Shown piece after piece: positions 24,702 through 38,791 of a stretch of 64,000 bases of DNA; position 1 is the stretch's first letter; the number at the start of each line of letters is the position of its first letter. The notes beneath the pieces are model-generated. The model searched no databases, was not told where the DNA came from, and saw nothing but the letters and a program-made list of their open reading frames with translations. A program made the position numbers and the translations under genes. The DNA is taken from contig NC_043001.1 of assembly GCF_006345805.1 (NCBI RefSeq), forward strand, positions 132,742,001 through 132,806,000, read 5' to 3'. The DNA is from Octopus sinensis. Taxonomy: Eukaryota.

Positions 24702-24960
24702 TATATGTATGTATGTATGTATGTAGGTACGGACAGACGGACAGACGGACAGACAGACGGATGGACAGACGGACAGACGGACAGACGGATGGACGGACAG
24801 ATGAATGGATGTATTTATGTATGTATGTATATCTATGTGTGTGTGTCTTTGTGTCTGTGTTTGTCCCCCAATCACTGCTTGACAACTGGTGTTGGTGTGT
24901 TTACATCCCCCATAACTTAGTGGTTTGGTAAAAAAAGACTGATAAAATAAGTACCAGGCT
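24506..24960 (+). mobile_element. SINE family A with expanded (TATG)n/(GGACAGAC)n core
   Basis: Head and 3' part match family A; the central tract is 24673-24840. Confidence 0.85.
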
Positions 24961-25444
24961 TTACTGGTACTTATTAATGGTTCTATAAGTAGATATGAGA
25001 GGCAGAGATAGCAAAATGAACTTCAGAGATTTTTGCTCAATGGATGATAAAAATATGAGCTAACTAAATCTTTTCTCCACTGATACCAATACCCTGATAA
25101 CTACATCAATAACATTAAAACTTACAATAGTTGTAGCAACAATAACAACAGTTGCAACAGAAAAGAAACCCTCAGAAACAACACAAACAATCAATGATTC
25201 AGGAAGCGTCCTTAATATCAAAACACAGATCAGCCACCATTTTAATTTAAGCTCAAACCAAACTAATCAGACCCGTTCACAAAGAAGATGATTTTGTAAT
25301 ATACATTAAAAAAACTGCATTCAAATACTCAATGAAATGACTGATATTGTTGCAGTTCAAATATTCATTTTGTATTGATCTTTGTCGTTAAAGATATAAT
25401 AATTACTTTATTTTGTAAACTAATGGTACATCTTTCTGTTTTAA

Positions 25445-26282
25445 CTCTTTCGGCCCAGCTGGTACATATTTGTACCAGTCAAAAACTTTACAACCCAAAC
25501 CTTTAAAATTCCCATTTTATGTGATGCAGTATAGTACTGCTCTGTTTTTCCTGGTAAGTATGATTGGAGTGTATGACACTATAATGACGGCTTACATGCA
25601 TACAAACCCCTGCCATTAACAACTACTTTTAAGTTTTTTATTATTGATTCTCATGCTTTGGTAAGTTATTTATAACATTTTCTTCACTGTAAACATATTT
25701 ATTTAATCATAAACATATTGTGCATAGTTTATAAGCATTGGATTGTAATATCCTTGCAACAATGTTGCAATACATATTTCTAAAAGTAAATAATTTTGAG
25801 TGCTACACACCTGTACCATTGTGGTTTTGTATAGGTACACACTTATACGATTGTAGTTTGTCGTATAACTAAGATTGTACCAATTGTGTTATAAAACTGT
25901 TCTATAGAGGAACTTTCAGTATGTCAACTGAAATAAATACAGAGATTTTTACTTGAATATAAATAAATAGTTAAGATAAATATCACGAAAATGTAACATA
26001 ACTATTTTATTCTAGCAACTTATAGTATTTATGGTGTATTCATATTTTTTTCAGTTCTCACTATCAATTTGGCATAAGGAAAGCTTGATGGCACTGAAAT
26101 AAATGGTACATGCATGCTAGATTAGAAAACCTAAATAGTACAAATATGTACCAGACTAAAAATAGTGTTGACATAATTGGTACCATCATAAACCATCTAA
26201 TAAGCATCTACACTATATAGTTTTACCAAAATTTTAGAGAGAATGTAGTCAAATCTTGAGAAAAAATTCTGGGTTGAAATGG
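25445..26282. mobile_element. piggyBac-type non-autonomous element (~840 bp)
   Basis: TTAA at 25441-25444 and 26283-26286; imperfect TIRs (10/14 match); internal inverted repeat CTGGTACATATTTGTAC 25459-25475 / 26138-26154. Confidence 0.75.
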
Positions 26283-26458
26283 TTAAAGCATTTGTTTTCT
26301 GAGAACATCACCTAATTGCCTAGCACCTTAACAACTGAAGCTTCCCACATAGTAATTTTGATCTGTAATACTACAAAGGCCAAAACAACTGTAAATTAAC
26401 TAAGGGAATTTGATCAAGTTAATTATTTGTCAATTAAAAGACAACAACCATTATATTA

Positions 26459-27795
26459 TCAGCATCATCATTGTTTAATGTCCATTTTCCATGCTGGCAT
26501 AGGTTGGACGGTTTGACTGGAGACTGGCAAGCCAGGAGGCCACACCAGGCTCCAGTCTGATCTGGCAATATTTCTACAACTGGATGCCCTTCCTAACACC
26601 AACCACTCCGAGAGTGTAGTGGGCGCTTTTTATATGCCACCAGCACGGGAGTCAGTCAGGCAGCACTGGCATTGGCCACTTTCAGATACTGCTTTTTACA
26701 TGCCACTGGCACAGGAGCCAGTCAGGCAGCTGTGGCAGTGACCCACTCGTGAATTTTTGGTGCTTATTGCGTACCACCAGCACTGGTAACAGCCACAACT
26801 ACAATTCCCATTTGATTGTGATTTGATATGATTTTGATTTTGATTTACTTGACTCAATACGTCTCCTCACACACGGAATGTCACCCGATAATTCAAAGGT
26901 ACTTTTTAAAAGGGCTGGTTATGCGACACTGGTGTAGGCTATGGCTGTGATCTCACTTTCATTGCTGGGTTTTCTCAATCACAACATATCTCCAGAGGTC
27001 TTGGTCGTTCATCATTGCCTCTCTGAGGCCCAACATTCAAAGGTCATGCTTTACCACCTCATTGCATGTCTTCTTGGGTCTCCCTCTTCCACGGGTTCCT
27101 TCCACTATTAGGGAGTGACACTTCTTCACATAGCTCTCCTCATCCAAACATAGCACATGACCATACCAGCGCAGTCGTCTCTCTTGCACACTATATCTGA
27201 TGCTTCTTATGTCCTCTCAGGGCACTTTCACTCTGTCGTGTGTGCACACTGACATTACACATCCAGCGGATCCTACTAGTTTCATTTCATTTGAGCCTAT
27301 GCATGTCTTCAGCAGTCATTGCCCATGTTTCACTGCTATGTACAATGGCAGTTTGCACACATACAACCTACCTTTCACTCTGAGCAAGAGGTCCTTTGTC
27401 ACCAGTAGAGGTAGGAGGTTTCTGAAATTTTCCCAGGCTACACTTATTCTAGTGGTAACACTCTCTGAGCATCCACTCCCACTACAGACTTGGTCACCTA
27501 GGTAGTGGAATTAATCAACTACTTCTAGTTACTCCCCCTGGCATGTGATGGAATCAGTTTTCTGAGCATTAGCAGTGTTTATTGCTCCTGTGCATCTGCC
27601 GCACACAAAAGCTATCTTCCCAACTTACACTGGGTACATCTTATGGAGTCTCTACCTACACCTTTTCTACAGATCGAGTAGGGCCATCTACCTGAAGGGT
27701 TTTGTGATGTATTCATCTTCCTACTTACTAGGACTTTGGTTTTTGCAACATTGACTCTAAGGCCCTTCGATTCTAAAACTTGCTTCCACACCTGA
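26459..27795 (-). mobile_element. 5'-truncated RTE LINE: RT C-terminal part, cysteine-rich insert, full 3'UTR and tail
   Basis: WKQVLESKGLRVNVAKTKVL...CRKGVGRDSIRCTQCK; FHYLGD; GRGRPKKT...DQDLWRY; 3'UTR ends GGACATTAAACAATGATGATG. Confidence 0.88.
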
Positions 27796-27929
27796 TAATT
27801 GATTAAAAACACAAAATTTACACAAATATTCAACAAAATGACAGATATTGTTGCAGTTCAAATATTCATTTGGTTTTTTTTTTGTTGTTGTTATTAAACA
27901 TATAATAATTACTTTAATGTGTAAAAATC

Positions 27930-28073
27930 AACTTAGCGGTTCGGCAAAAGAGACCGATAGAATAAGTACTGGGCTTACAAAAAAGAATAAGTCCCAGGGT
28001 CGAGTTGCTCGATTAAAGGTGGTGCTCCAGCATGGCCGCAGTCAAATGACTGAAACAAGTAAAAGAGTAAAGA
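27930..28073 (+). mobile_element. SINE family A, 3' part
   Basis: ACTTAGCGGTTCGGCAAAAGAGACCG...AAAAGAGTAAAGAG. Confidence 0.88.
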
Positions 28074-30782
28074 GAGAGTAGTTATTTATTTTTATTTTTA
28101 TTTGTCAGCAGTTATATGTTTTTTAGTTATTTATCAACCTTGTTAGAATCAAAGAGGGAAATAACAGGAGAAAAAATTTATCTTCATCTGCTGTACAAAA
28201 TTCTTTCTTTATCCTGACCATCATCTACAGCTAAACAAGGGAGCTCAATCTAGCAAGGAGACCTTTGTATGACCACTAAACTACTAGAAATAACAGTCAA
28301 ATCTCCTTCAAATCACATGTTAACTTAAAGATGTAATAGACAATGTAGTTCTAGATATATAAAAATAGTTACAGATGGAAACCTGTTGATCATAAGTCTA
28401 GCTGATCAGGGTTGAGATGGGGCAAAACAGAAACAATTCTTGAATTTCTATAACCCATTTTTGTGCAGTGCTACTTAAAGTGAAAATTCAAGATTGGTAG
28501 GAAGAATCCTGATAACATTCAGAACAAGAGCACAAGAGTTTGTACTTTTTCTCTGGGGGATATTTGCACTCATCTAAATTATTGATCCCATCTATGATCA
28601 CTATATACTGCTGAGCCTACCACACTATTGAACCAAAGGCAATGTAAAGGAACTACACACACGAAAAAAAAATCTGGATCCAAGCATCAGATGACTGATT
28701 GGGATAGGTTGAAAGCTTTGAAGTTATATTCCTGGCAATAAAGAAATTAACTATAATAATCATTTATATCTGGAAAGTTCTCAAGGAACTGGTACCAAAT
28801 TTTGGCATTCAAAATTATGCAAATCCACACACAAGGTGCCATTGTGTAGCTTCAAAAGTATTGCCTTCTTCCTTTCAAATGAGAAGAAGGTACTGCAATT
28901 GTAACAATCTGGGATTCCAAGGTCCACAGATCCAACCTCAAAGTTCACTCTTAAAATCCAAGGAATACACACAGAAGGGGATATCAACAATTACAAAACT
29001 AATTGGACATGCAACAGTGCAACAAACTCTAAGAAACCTAAAATGATTGGGGACTGGAAGGTGTCTAGTTATGAAGCACTACCTCAGAAAACCTGTTCAA
29101 TCCAAACTAGAATGGAAAAACAGAAAACACGTAAAAAAATGATGATGGTAATAACAATGATGATGAAGAGGAGGAGATGGAGAGTTACTGTATTACAATG
29201 CAGTAACTCCTCATCTCCTCCTCTTCATAACTCTACATAATTCTACTTGCCCTACTCTGTCTAGGTTACATGTGCTAACTGAGTGATTGATAGTAGGAAG
29301 GTTAAACAAACTGTATTTACTGCAGACACAAATATAACCCACAAAAAAACCACAAAAAACCCCACAAATATCCAAATTTGCAAAACTACAAAAATAAAAT
29401 ATAAACAGAAGTCAGGAGTCAGTGACAGAAAGGCATAGGAAAGAGGTTAAGACATCTTAAAAGGTATCTTCATAATGTGAACCCCAATAAGTTTCTAACT
29501 ATTTTCATCTATTCAATGTTTGGATGAATGTCCTTGATTACAAGACTTCCCAGAAATATCTCCCTGTATCTTCAGACAACTGTGTGACTATCGGGGATTT
29601 TTTTGGGGGTTTTTTTTTTTTGAGATATTAACAACTGAATTGACTATTTTGGTTCTTGGCAGTGTTATTTTCCTCACTGAAGATATTATATATATGTTTT
29701 TGTTACTATGTGCATTTTTAAAGGTCGGTAGGCATTGTTGATGAAGATTCAAATAATTGCCATAACAATCCCTTCCTTATTAAATTTCATCTGGTTTTCA
29801 TTTCAACTTTTACATTCTAAACTAACTGAACATTTTAAGAAGTGGAATGCAAAAATTATAATTTTCACTTCTTCGTCCAGTGTGCATCATCCATTCTCAT
29901 CACATGTCCAGACAACTGTGTTAATAATGACATGTGATGAGAATAGCTGATGCAGGCTGAGAAGCCAACAACAAAGAAGACAAGTCCTGGGAGCCGTTAG
30001 TGAAACACTAGTCAGGCAGAACTAAACTGAAGAAAGCATCAGATAAAGGAAACGATGATGGTAGGAATAAAAGGGAGAAGAAATATTTTGCAGGCTCATA
30101 CAGCTCATGTCAGTATAAAGAGTGGGGAGAGACAAGAGACATTCAACTGAAGAGGATGATAATGATAATCCTGACAGCACCAATACACTCATACAGTTGA
30201 AGATGATGGCGATAATAATGTTTGGAAATTCTAATTATTAGTAAAAAAAAAAAATTAAAATCAAAAGATGAAAATTATATTTTAAAAATATGACTTAAAA
30301 CCATTTTCTTTCTTTTTGTTATTTTCTTTTTGTGGAATAATAAAGGGTTACATTCTTTGACTTCTAAACCAACTGAATATTTTCCAATGCACCAATAGTT
30401 ATTTAATCAACTCACCAACTATAAGCTGACTAACTTGATCCCACAAACTTGGGAACATTTTGTTTTGCTGTACACACCTATTACCATCTCGCAAACAGAA
30501 TTCCTTACTCTCCTAGGATGCCTAATCTTTGAAAAAGCCCCTCACCAACCAACACCATTCTGAAATTTACTTCATGTCAAATATTATATTTTATATTTAA
30601 TATGCAAGCATGACTGTATGGCTAAGAGGTTCACTTTTTGAGTGATGTGGTTTTGGGTTCAGGTCCACTGTGTGCCACCTTAGGCAAGTGTCTTCTACTA
30701 TAGCCCCAGATCAACCACAGCTTGTGAGTAATATTGAAAGATAGAAACTGAAAACAAGCCCATCACATATACATATATATAA

Positions 30783-30949
30783 TAGGTGCAGGAGTGGCTG
30801 TGTGGTAAGTAGCTTGCTAACCAACCACATGGTTTTGGGTTCAGTCCCACTGCGTGGCATCTTGGGCAAGTGTCTTCTGCTATAGCCCCGGGCCGACCAA
30901 TGCCTTGTGAGTGGATTTGGTAGACGGAAACTGAAAGAAGCCTGTCATA

Positions 30950-30988
<39 letters not shown>

Positions 30989-31208
30989 CTGTGTTTGTGT
31001 GTCTGTGTTTGTCCCCCTAGCATTGCTTGACAACCGATGCTGGTGTGTTTACGTCTCCGTCACTTAGCGGTTTGGCAAAAGAGACCGATAGAATAAGTAC
31101 TGAGCTTACAAAGAATAAGTCCCGGGGTCGATTTGCTCGACTAAAGGCAGTGCTCCAGCATGGCCGCAGTCAAATGACTGAAACAAGTAAAAGAGTAAAA
31201 GAGTAAAA
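30783..31208 (+). mobile_element. SINE family A, full length, preceded by a diverged truncated copy (30603-30775)
   Basis: Near-identical to 15909-16330. Confidence 0.92.
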
Positions 31209-31222
31209 AAGATATATATATA

Positions 31223-31265
<43 letters not shown>

Positions 31266-31739
31266 TATATACATGTGTGTGTGAATGCATGCACACATGT
31301 GCATTTGTTTACATTTTCCACTTTTTTATTCGAAAGGACATCATCAGAGTAGCATTCTGCTCCCTTATCCTCTGCCAACAAATTGCTGGCTCAATTTGTG
31401 CTGAAATAAGAAACCTCTTATATAAGGAAAAAAAACAGGCAAGGATTAGAAGCAGGAAGGACACCTGGCTATAAACAGTGTGCTTCAATAACATAGCCAT
31501 CTAACCCATGCTAGCATAGAAAAATGGAAGCGAAACAAATGAATGAATGAACAACATACATGAACACACACATACATATGCATGTACACACACAAACACA
31601 CGCATACATACATGTTGAAGCAGATTTCTTTTGTTTTTTTAGTATTTATTGTTTTCCTCAGAGAATATTTTATATTCACACACACACACACAGTTACACA
31701 CACCCAGACACACATGAACACGCACACACATATATATAT

Positions 31740-31905
31740 ATTTCTTTATTGCCCACAAGGGGCTAAACATAGAAGGGACAAACAAAGACAGACAAAGGGA
31801 TTAAGTCGATTAGATTGATCCCAGTGCGAAACGGGTACTTTATTTATCAACCCCGAAAGAATGAAAGACGAAGTCGAACTCGGCGGAATTTGAACTCAGA
31901 ATGTA
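31740..31905 (-). mobile_element. SINE family C, truncated
   Basis: TTTCTTTATTGCCCACAAGGGGCTAAAC...GGCGGAATTTGAACTCAGAA. Confidence 0.85.
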
Positions 31906-32299
31906 TAGGAGGAATTATGATAAAAACAAGTTTATATCACTTGTTCCTACATATGTTTCACCATTGTGGTTATTTGCAACTTTTGCATTGAATGTTTCAA
32001 GTGCAGTTGGATACTGAACCATAACAGTAAAATGTACATAAGAAACAAATGATATAGACTTGTGTTTATCATGATTTCTCCTACATTTTCTCTGTATATA
32101 ATAACTAATAATACTACTAAGTAAAGTAGTAACCAAACCACTATAATGGAAGTGAAGTTGTTGGTGATAATCTACATGGAGCTCTAATCTCAACAGTAAC
32201 AGTTATACATGTAACTGTACACATAAGACATGCACATGTGTGTGTGTGTATGTGTGTGTAAGACCTACCCACTACTACAGAATTGAGATCCTAAAACCA

Positions 32300-32520
32300 A
32301 TGTGCTGGTGTCATGTAAAAAGCATTGGTAATAGTGATATGTAAAAAGCACCCGGTACACTCCAGGAGTGGTTGGCATTAGAAAGGGCATCCAGCTATAG
32401 AAACCACACCCAAACAGACTATGGAACCTGGTGTGGTCTCTGTTCTCACCAGTTCCTGTGCTTTTTACATGCCACTGGCACAAGGGCCAGCCAGGCAGTA
32501 CTGGCATCGACCAGTATTGT
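32300..32520 (+). mobile_element. RTE 3'UTR fragment, diverged
   Basis: GTAAAAAGCACCCGGTACACTCCAGGAGTGGTTGGCATTAGAAAGGGCATCC. Confidence 0.65.
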
Positions 32521-32529
32521 TATATATCA

Positions 32530-32780
32530 TTGGTCACAATGCATTTCTGCACATTACTGAAGCTTTCAAATGATGCCACTCTACTGGCTAGGCACACACA
32601 TTGACATTCTCCCCTGAATGGAAAGCCAGTCCGCTACAGAACATATACAGTTGAGTGGACTGGAGTAACATGAAATGACATGTTTTGCTCAAGAACAAAA
32701 TCCATCACTGGCCTGGGAATTGAAACTATGATCTTGTAATCATTAGTGTAGCACTCCTAAGCACTAGGCCACATGCCTTC
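32530..32780 (-). mobile_element. Diverged SINE related to the family B variant; 187 bp of it duplicated at 33857-34043
   Basis: TGGTCACAATGCA...TTCAAATGATGCCAC matches the 3' part of the 12476-12787 copy; TTTTGCTCAAGAACA...GGGAATTGAAAC head remnant. Confidence 0.7.
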
Positions 32781-33281
32781 ACACACACACACACACACAC
32801 AATCTTTTCATTTATTTCACCTATCAGTCTGAAAAATCAGTACCAACAGTATCCTTTCAAGCAAGGTGGGTGTATCCTTTTCACATTATGAAAGAAACTC
32901 AGTAATTTATTGAAAAAAAAAAAGAAACAAAAGAATAATGAAATTAACTCAATTCAACTGAATCAATATCATTCAAACTGAAGACTAGCAGTAAATGACC
33001 TACCCCCAGTAGACTCACTATCATCAAGCCAGCATAATTCTGGCAGATGTGCATTACAGACTATCTCCATTCAACTATAAACTGTATAATTCCATGCCTC
33101 ATAAGAGCTAATTTTATAGGATCTAATCTAACAACCTTATCAGATCTGAACAAGCTTTGGCCTGCCTCTTGTCTGGTTACATTTTTACTATCTACCCATG
33201 CAATTTTCTTTTTTATTTTTTCACACAATGCTTTTCATCCACATGAATTGCATCACCTGTCAGCATAAAGAAATTTACATT

Positions 33282-33455
<174 letters not shown>

Positions 33456-34298
33456 GGAGTAGGAACAGGAGGAGCGTAGTGGTGGTAGTGTGAGAAACAG
33501 CAGTGGAAGTGGTGGTGGTGGCAACAACATCAATGTCCACAATGATGTAAGCAGAGCAGTCTTGATAGCATGTATTGATTGAAATGTCCAACAGCCAGTG
33601 GTTTCTTCAGCTCACTATCATTCCATCTGTGTCCTATGTTTACATTTCATATTCCACACATGATATCATTTCCCTCTAGTTTTCTACTCCAACAGTTGTT
33701 GTTGTTGGTAGTGGTGGTGGTGGTGGTAGTAGTGTTGTTGTTGGACAACCCTAGTCAAGCAATGTTTTAAGTACTCGTAAAGTACACTCAAAGCTCATCA
33801 TCATCATCATCTACAGTATTTAAGCAGCATTTCCATATGTGATCATCATTATATATTTGGTCACAATGCATTTCTGCACATTACTGAAGCTTTCAAATGA
33901 TGCCACTCCACTGGCTAGGCACACACATTGACATTCTCCCCTGAATGGAAAGCCAGTTTGCTACAGAACATTTACAGTTGAGTAGACTGGAGTAACATGA
34001 AATGATATGTTTTGCTCAAGAACAAAATCCATCACTGGCCTGGTAGTGGCAGAATACAATGCTGAAATTTAAGTCCCAAATATCTGCTTTGCAGTTTAAA
34101 AATGTAACTAGGGTAATTTTGTGAAGGGTCTCACCAATCAAGCATGGAAAGTGGATGTGAAATTATGCCTGTGAAAAGCATATCTCAATATCATTTTGAG
34201 TAGGTTGCCCAGACCATAATTCATCTTTCCCTCTAAGCAGTCCAGTCTTCCCTAACATTTACGAGGTCTTCTATTTGTAACTTGACAATGCAAGAGAG

Positions 34299-34581
34299 AT
34301 AATAATAATAATAATAATAATAAACATTGTGTACAGTGCTCAGGTGCACTACAACTCACATAAAGTGCATATATAATCAGGTGTAGTTTCGACGGATTTC
34401 GGAAAGCATGAGGGCCTTAAAGGATGCAGTGTCATGGCAGTCAACAACTGACGCAGGCAGTTTATTCCATGCTTCAGCAACTCTGAGCGTGAAGAAATGT
34501 TTCCGAAAGTCATGGGAGCTGTGTTGTTTTCTGACTTTGTAATGATGATTAATGTAAATCATTCTAGGTTGTCTGATATCA
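34299..34581 (-). mobile_element. CR1/L2-type LINE 3' end with (TTA)n tail
   Basis: HYKVRKQHSSHDFRKHFFTLRVAEAWNKLPASVV...FK, a CR1/L2 ORF2 C-terminal motif. Confidence 0.88.
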
Positions 34582-34859
34582 GAATTCTTATGGCTCAAAA
34601 TCCACAAAAGGAGTTCACTAACTAATTCATCTTTGCTTCATTAGCAGTGACCAGATTAACTTGTCCTCCACTCTCAAATGATTAATGATATTTTGGGGAT
34701 GCTTCCATAAAGCTCTTCTTTCATCAGATGTTTCCATAATTTGTTGAGAAAATGACTGAAAACAACTACCCAACAACATAGACATCAGAGATAAATTTGT
34801 CATAACTCTTGGAAATCTTTCCAAAATGCTTCAAGATAACGACAATCAATCCAGGCCCT

Positions 34860-35010
34860 CATACTGGTGGCACGTAAAAAACAGCCACTACACTCTCGGT
34901 GTGGTTGGCATTAGGAAGGGCATTCAGCTGTAGAAACTTTTCCAGATCAGATTGGAGCCTGGTGCAGCCTTCTGGCTTGCCAGTCCTCAGTGAAACCGTC
35001 CAACCCATGT
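34860..35010 (+). mobile_element. RTE 3'UTR fragment
   Basis: GGTGGCACGTAAAAAA...GGAAGGGCATTCAGC...CCGTCCAACCCATG. Confidence 0.7.
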
Positions 35011-36409
35011 TGAAGAATGCATATTTTTGATGCCCAAGCATGAGTGTAAAGCACCCTGGGAATATTAAGCAGTGGCTGTAAAACAAGACAGTCTGGAGAG
35101 TAAAGCAAAAGTGGAAACCCAATTTTCAACTAAAGAAGTGCAGAGTGATCTGGCAAAAACATAAAACAGTGAACAATAGAAATATATCTAACAGATAAAT
35201 ATCATTCAAGTTGCTACAGACAATCAGCAAACTTCAGTTGCCTGTGAATGTGTACATATGTATGTGTCTGCACGTGTTAGTGTACATGAATGACAGTACA
35301 CATGAGTCAAAAGAATATATTAAATACATATGTTTAATATACCAACTAGACTATCCAATATATTCAAGATTAACAAATGTAAAGTTATGGAATTATTAAT
35401 TCCTGCTCGAAATAATTTAAAGTGACTATTTCTCAAAATAAACCCTTATTGTCTACAAACAATTAGACAAAGCTAATAAAGAGAATTGGAAGATTAATTA
35501 ATTTTGAGTTCCCATCAAGGGATCCACTTGAAGCTTCAGTTAGTATAATCTTACAGTGCATCTGCAGACAACTCTACTGTTTTAATTTCCATTCTTATCA
35601 TGATTGTGCCTATATAGCAAATCCTACATTCTGACATCAATATATAGAGAGAATTGTTGTGATTGCAAACTGATGAATGCTCAATACAGGTGTATTGCTT
35701 AACAGCAAAAGATCACTGAAGATTATTATGGTGGCAAAACCTCGAGGGAATTTTCACCAAGAAATCAGATCGGTATGCTTAAAATTTAATAGAGCCTAAA
35801 CTCCATTATTAATGATTTATATATAGTAGAGAAGTTGTAATAACTTGTCAGTTCACTCGGAATTTATAGCTAGCTGTTAAATACAGTATTAAATTTACTT
35901 TCCTCAACACATTTTATGCATTTAACACTAGCATTTGATCCTGCTGATACTAAAAGCATCAGCTGCTGATTTAAAACAGATACAAAGCATAAAACAAATG
36001 ATAAATGTTTACCACTCCCAATTATATCTTTAATATTTACACTTCATTGTTCAGAATTATTCGAATTATCATTATCTCATCTCTATTGAAAACAAGAGAC
36101 TAATATAGATATTATTATTCTAATGCTTTATCTCCATTTCCAAAATACAAGTGGGTGGAATCAGCATGAAAACAGAACAAAACTCTTGACAGTATTCGAT
36201 TTTTCTAGCTACAATTTTCTAAGTTCAAATTCTGCCAGAGTCTACAATTCACTCCATTATTATTACCATCATCAATATATTACATCTGTTTTCTCCATGC
36301 ATGCATGGGTTGGACAGGTCTTCTCCGGCACAATGTTTCACCATTATTGTGGGGTTTTGTCATTTGTCTCATGTGGTTCAGCCATTTGGAATCATCTTTC
36401 ACCACTTCT

Positions 36410-36790
36410 TTCCATGCCTTTCTTCATCTCATGCCTTTCAAACTCCACCCATCTAACACCCGTGGACATATTTACAAAGTAAGAAAACAGCACAGCTCCC
36501 ATGACTTCAGGAGACATTTTTTCACGCTGAGAGTTGCTGAAGCATGGAAAAAACTGCCGGCATCAGTTGTTAGTTGTCGGAGCACTGCATCCTTCAAAAC
36601 TTCCATGCTTTCTGAGATTCGCCAACACTACACCTGATTTTCTCCCCTCCATACACACACAAGCATGTATCTGACTCATACATTGTTCGCTTTCCAGACA
36701 TTTCTACATTACTGCATGTACTTTATATGCACTTTCTGACAAGTTGTGGTGCACCTGAGCACTGTATACAATAATTTCATTATTATTATC
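36410..36790 (+). mobile_element. CR1/L2-type LINE 3' end, same family as 34299-34581
   Basis: NTRGHIYKVRKQHSSHDFRRHFFTLRVAEAWKKLPASVV...FK; tail ATTATTATT. Confidence 0.9.
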
Positions 36791-36799
36791 TCCTGCATT

Positions 36800-37130
36800 T
36801 TACTTCCATGTTGATCACTTGCTATATATTTACCAAATTCTTATCTTCCATGTATACATAACATAAGGTACCATCACAATCTGCTCTTTTACACACTACA
36901 TATGATTCCTCTTGTTCTCCCTTTTTCTCTTGACTCATGTGTGCTGTCATTTATGTACACTGACATTAGATATTGAGCAGACCGTACTCACATAATTTCT
37001 TTCCAACATTCAGACAACCCTGCACTTAATGCCTACATTTCACTATCATGTAGAATTGTCCTTTCATATCAGTCACCATATCAATGAAATTGTATCTCAT
37101 GCACACATTGGCTGACACCTTTAATTCTTA
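36800..37130 (-). mobile_element. Old RTE ORF fragment
   Basis: The reverse complement resembles the ...ILHDSE...LERN...NVSVH...REK segment at 20150-20330. Confidence 0.55.
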
Positions 37131-37648
37131 GTTGCTCTATCAACTCACCTATGCTCTGCTTCCCATGCAAATTAATACTGTATATTGTATATACATCTTA
37201 CTCGATCCCTTATTCAACTCCTTTCCCCACCAGCCTCAGTAGGTCTTCAACATTAAACACACAAGATTCGTTTCTACATAACACTATATTTCTTAAACAT
37301 ACTTTATACAGTCTACTTTTTGCAAAAAGAAACCAACACTCTTTTGGGGTTTAATCCAAGTTAGTTTTGTGCAGCAAATCTATGTTCAAAGGCATTCCAA
37401 TCGGAATAGTTCTGTTTCTATTCAGACTTCACGTACTTAGGGCTATATTATCTAATGTGCCCCATTTTAAGATCAGAGATTGTAATTTGTGGGGGCTTTG
37501 GTTGCTAGCCCCAAGTTGACCTGATTGAGAGTACCTATGATCAAAGTCATTTCAGCTCTAACCATTTAATATTATTCTCATTGTTCCTGCCAATTTTGTC
37601 TGTGTTACACTTATGCCAGGGGAGGTAATAACACAAATGGAGAAATAT

Positions 37649-38031
37649 GTGGAAGCACTCCGTCGGTTACGACGATGAGGGTTCCGGTTGATCCGAATCA
37701 ACGGAACAGCCTGCTCGTGAAATTAACGTGTAAGTGGCTGAGCACTCCACAGACATGTGCACCCTTAACGTAGTTCTTGGGGATATTCAGCGTGACACAG
37801 AGAGTGACAAGGCCGGCCCCTTGAAATACAGGTACAACAGAAACAGGAAGTAAGAGTGAGAGAAAGTTGTGGTGAAAGAGTACAGCAGGAATCACCACCA
37901 TCCCCTGCCGGAGCCTCGTGGAGCTTTTTAGGTGTTTTCGCTCAATAAACACTCACAACGCCCGGTCTGTGAATCGAAACCGCGATCCTACGACCGCGAG
38001 TCCGCTGCCCTAACCACTGGGCCATTGCGCC
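37649..38031 (-). mobile_element. SINE family B, full length, young
   Basis: Near-identical reverse complement of 23805-24190. Confidence 0.93.
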
Positions 38032-38469
38032 TGGGACAAAGAAACAGAAATAATGAAAGCAATGAAAAAAATAGAAAGACAAAACATGAGGGGGTGAGAG
38101 AGAGATCTATATCATTCCAGATTTGTGTATTCAAATCACAGGAACAATCAAAATGTTTAGCATAATAGAACAGTCATGAAGATCTATAAATTAAAAGGCA
38201 TATTGATAGGCAGATAAATTAAAGTGAAATAACTTTAGTTAGTAAATAGCAATGGATGTCACACCTTTAACTTTTACATGTTCCAGATTAAAGGCCATGG
38301 CCATGCTGGAGCATCAACACTATTCTTCTTTTTATTTATGGCCATTAAGTTTAAATGTTTAACAGTATTATGAGAGTAGACAGATACATACATTGGCAGA
38401 AAGGAAAGTAGATTGATTGCTAATTAAACAGACAGACAAACAGACACATAGGTGAGTTTACAGAAAGTG

Positions 38470-38760
38470 TAACCTCTCGAAAGAGCTGTTCATCACTCCT
38501 GCTCCAGAGCGTCGGCTGCGGGGTCATTCCGAAAAGCTCTACCTGCGACAATTTCATCTCAATCGAAGGAGAGGAGCTTTCTCCATCCGGGTTGCGGATC
38601 CGTGGAACAAGCTGCCAGACGAGATGGTGAAGATGCCGACGACCGCTTTGTACAAAGTCTCCCTTGACCTCAAGTGGCCTGAACTCTTTACATGAACACC
38701 ACCCTGTACTTAACTCCATGTCCCCCTACATGGCCTTGCTATTTGCTTTTGAGCCAAAAT

Positions 38761-38791
<31 letters not shown>
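38470..38791 (+). mobile_element. CR1-type LINE 3' end with (TAAC)n tail
   Basis: RLRGHSEKLYLRQFHLNRRRGAFSIRVADPWNKLPDEMV...*; tail TAACTAACTAAC at 38760-38791. Confidence 0.88.
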
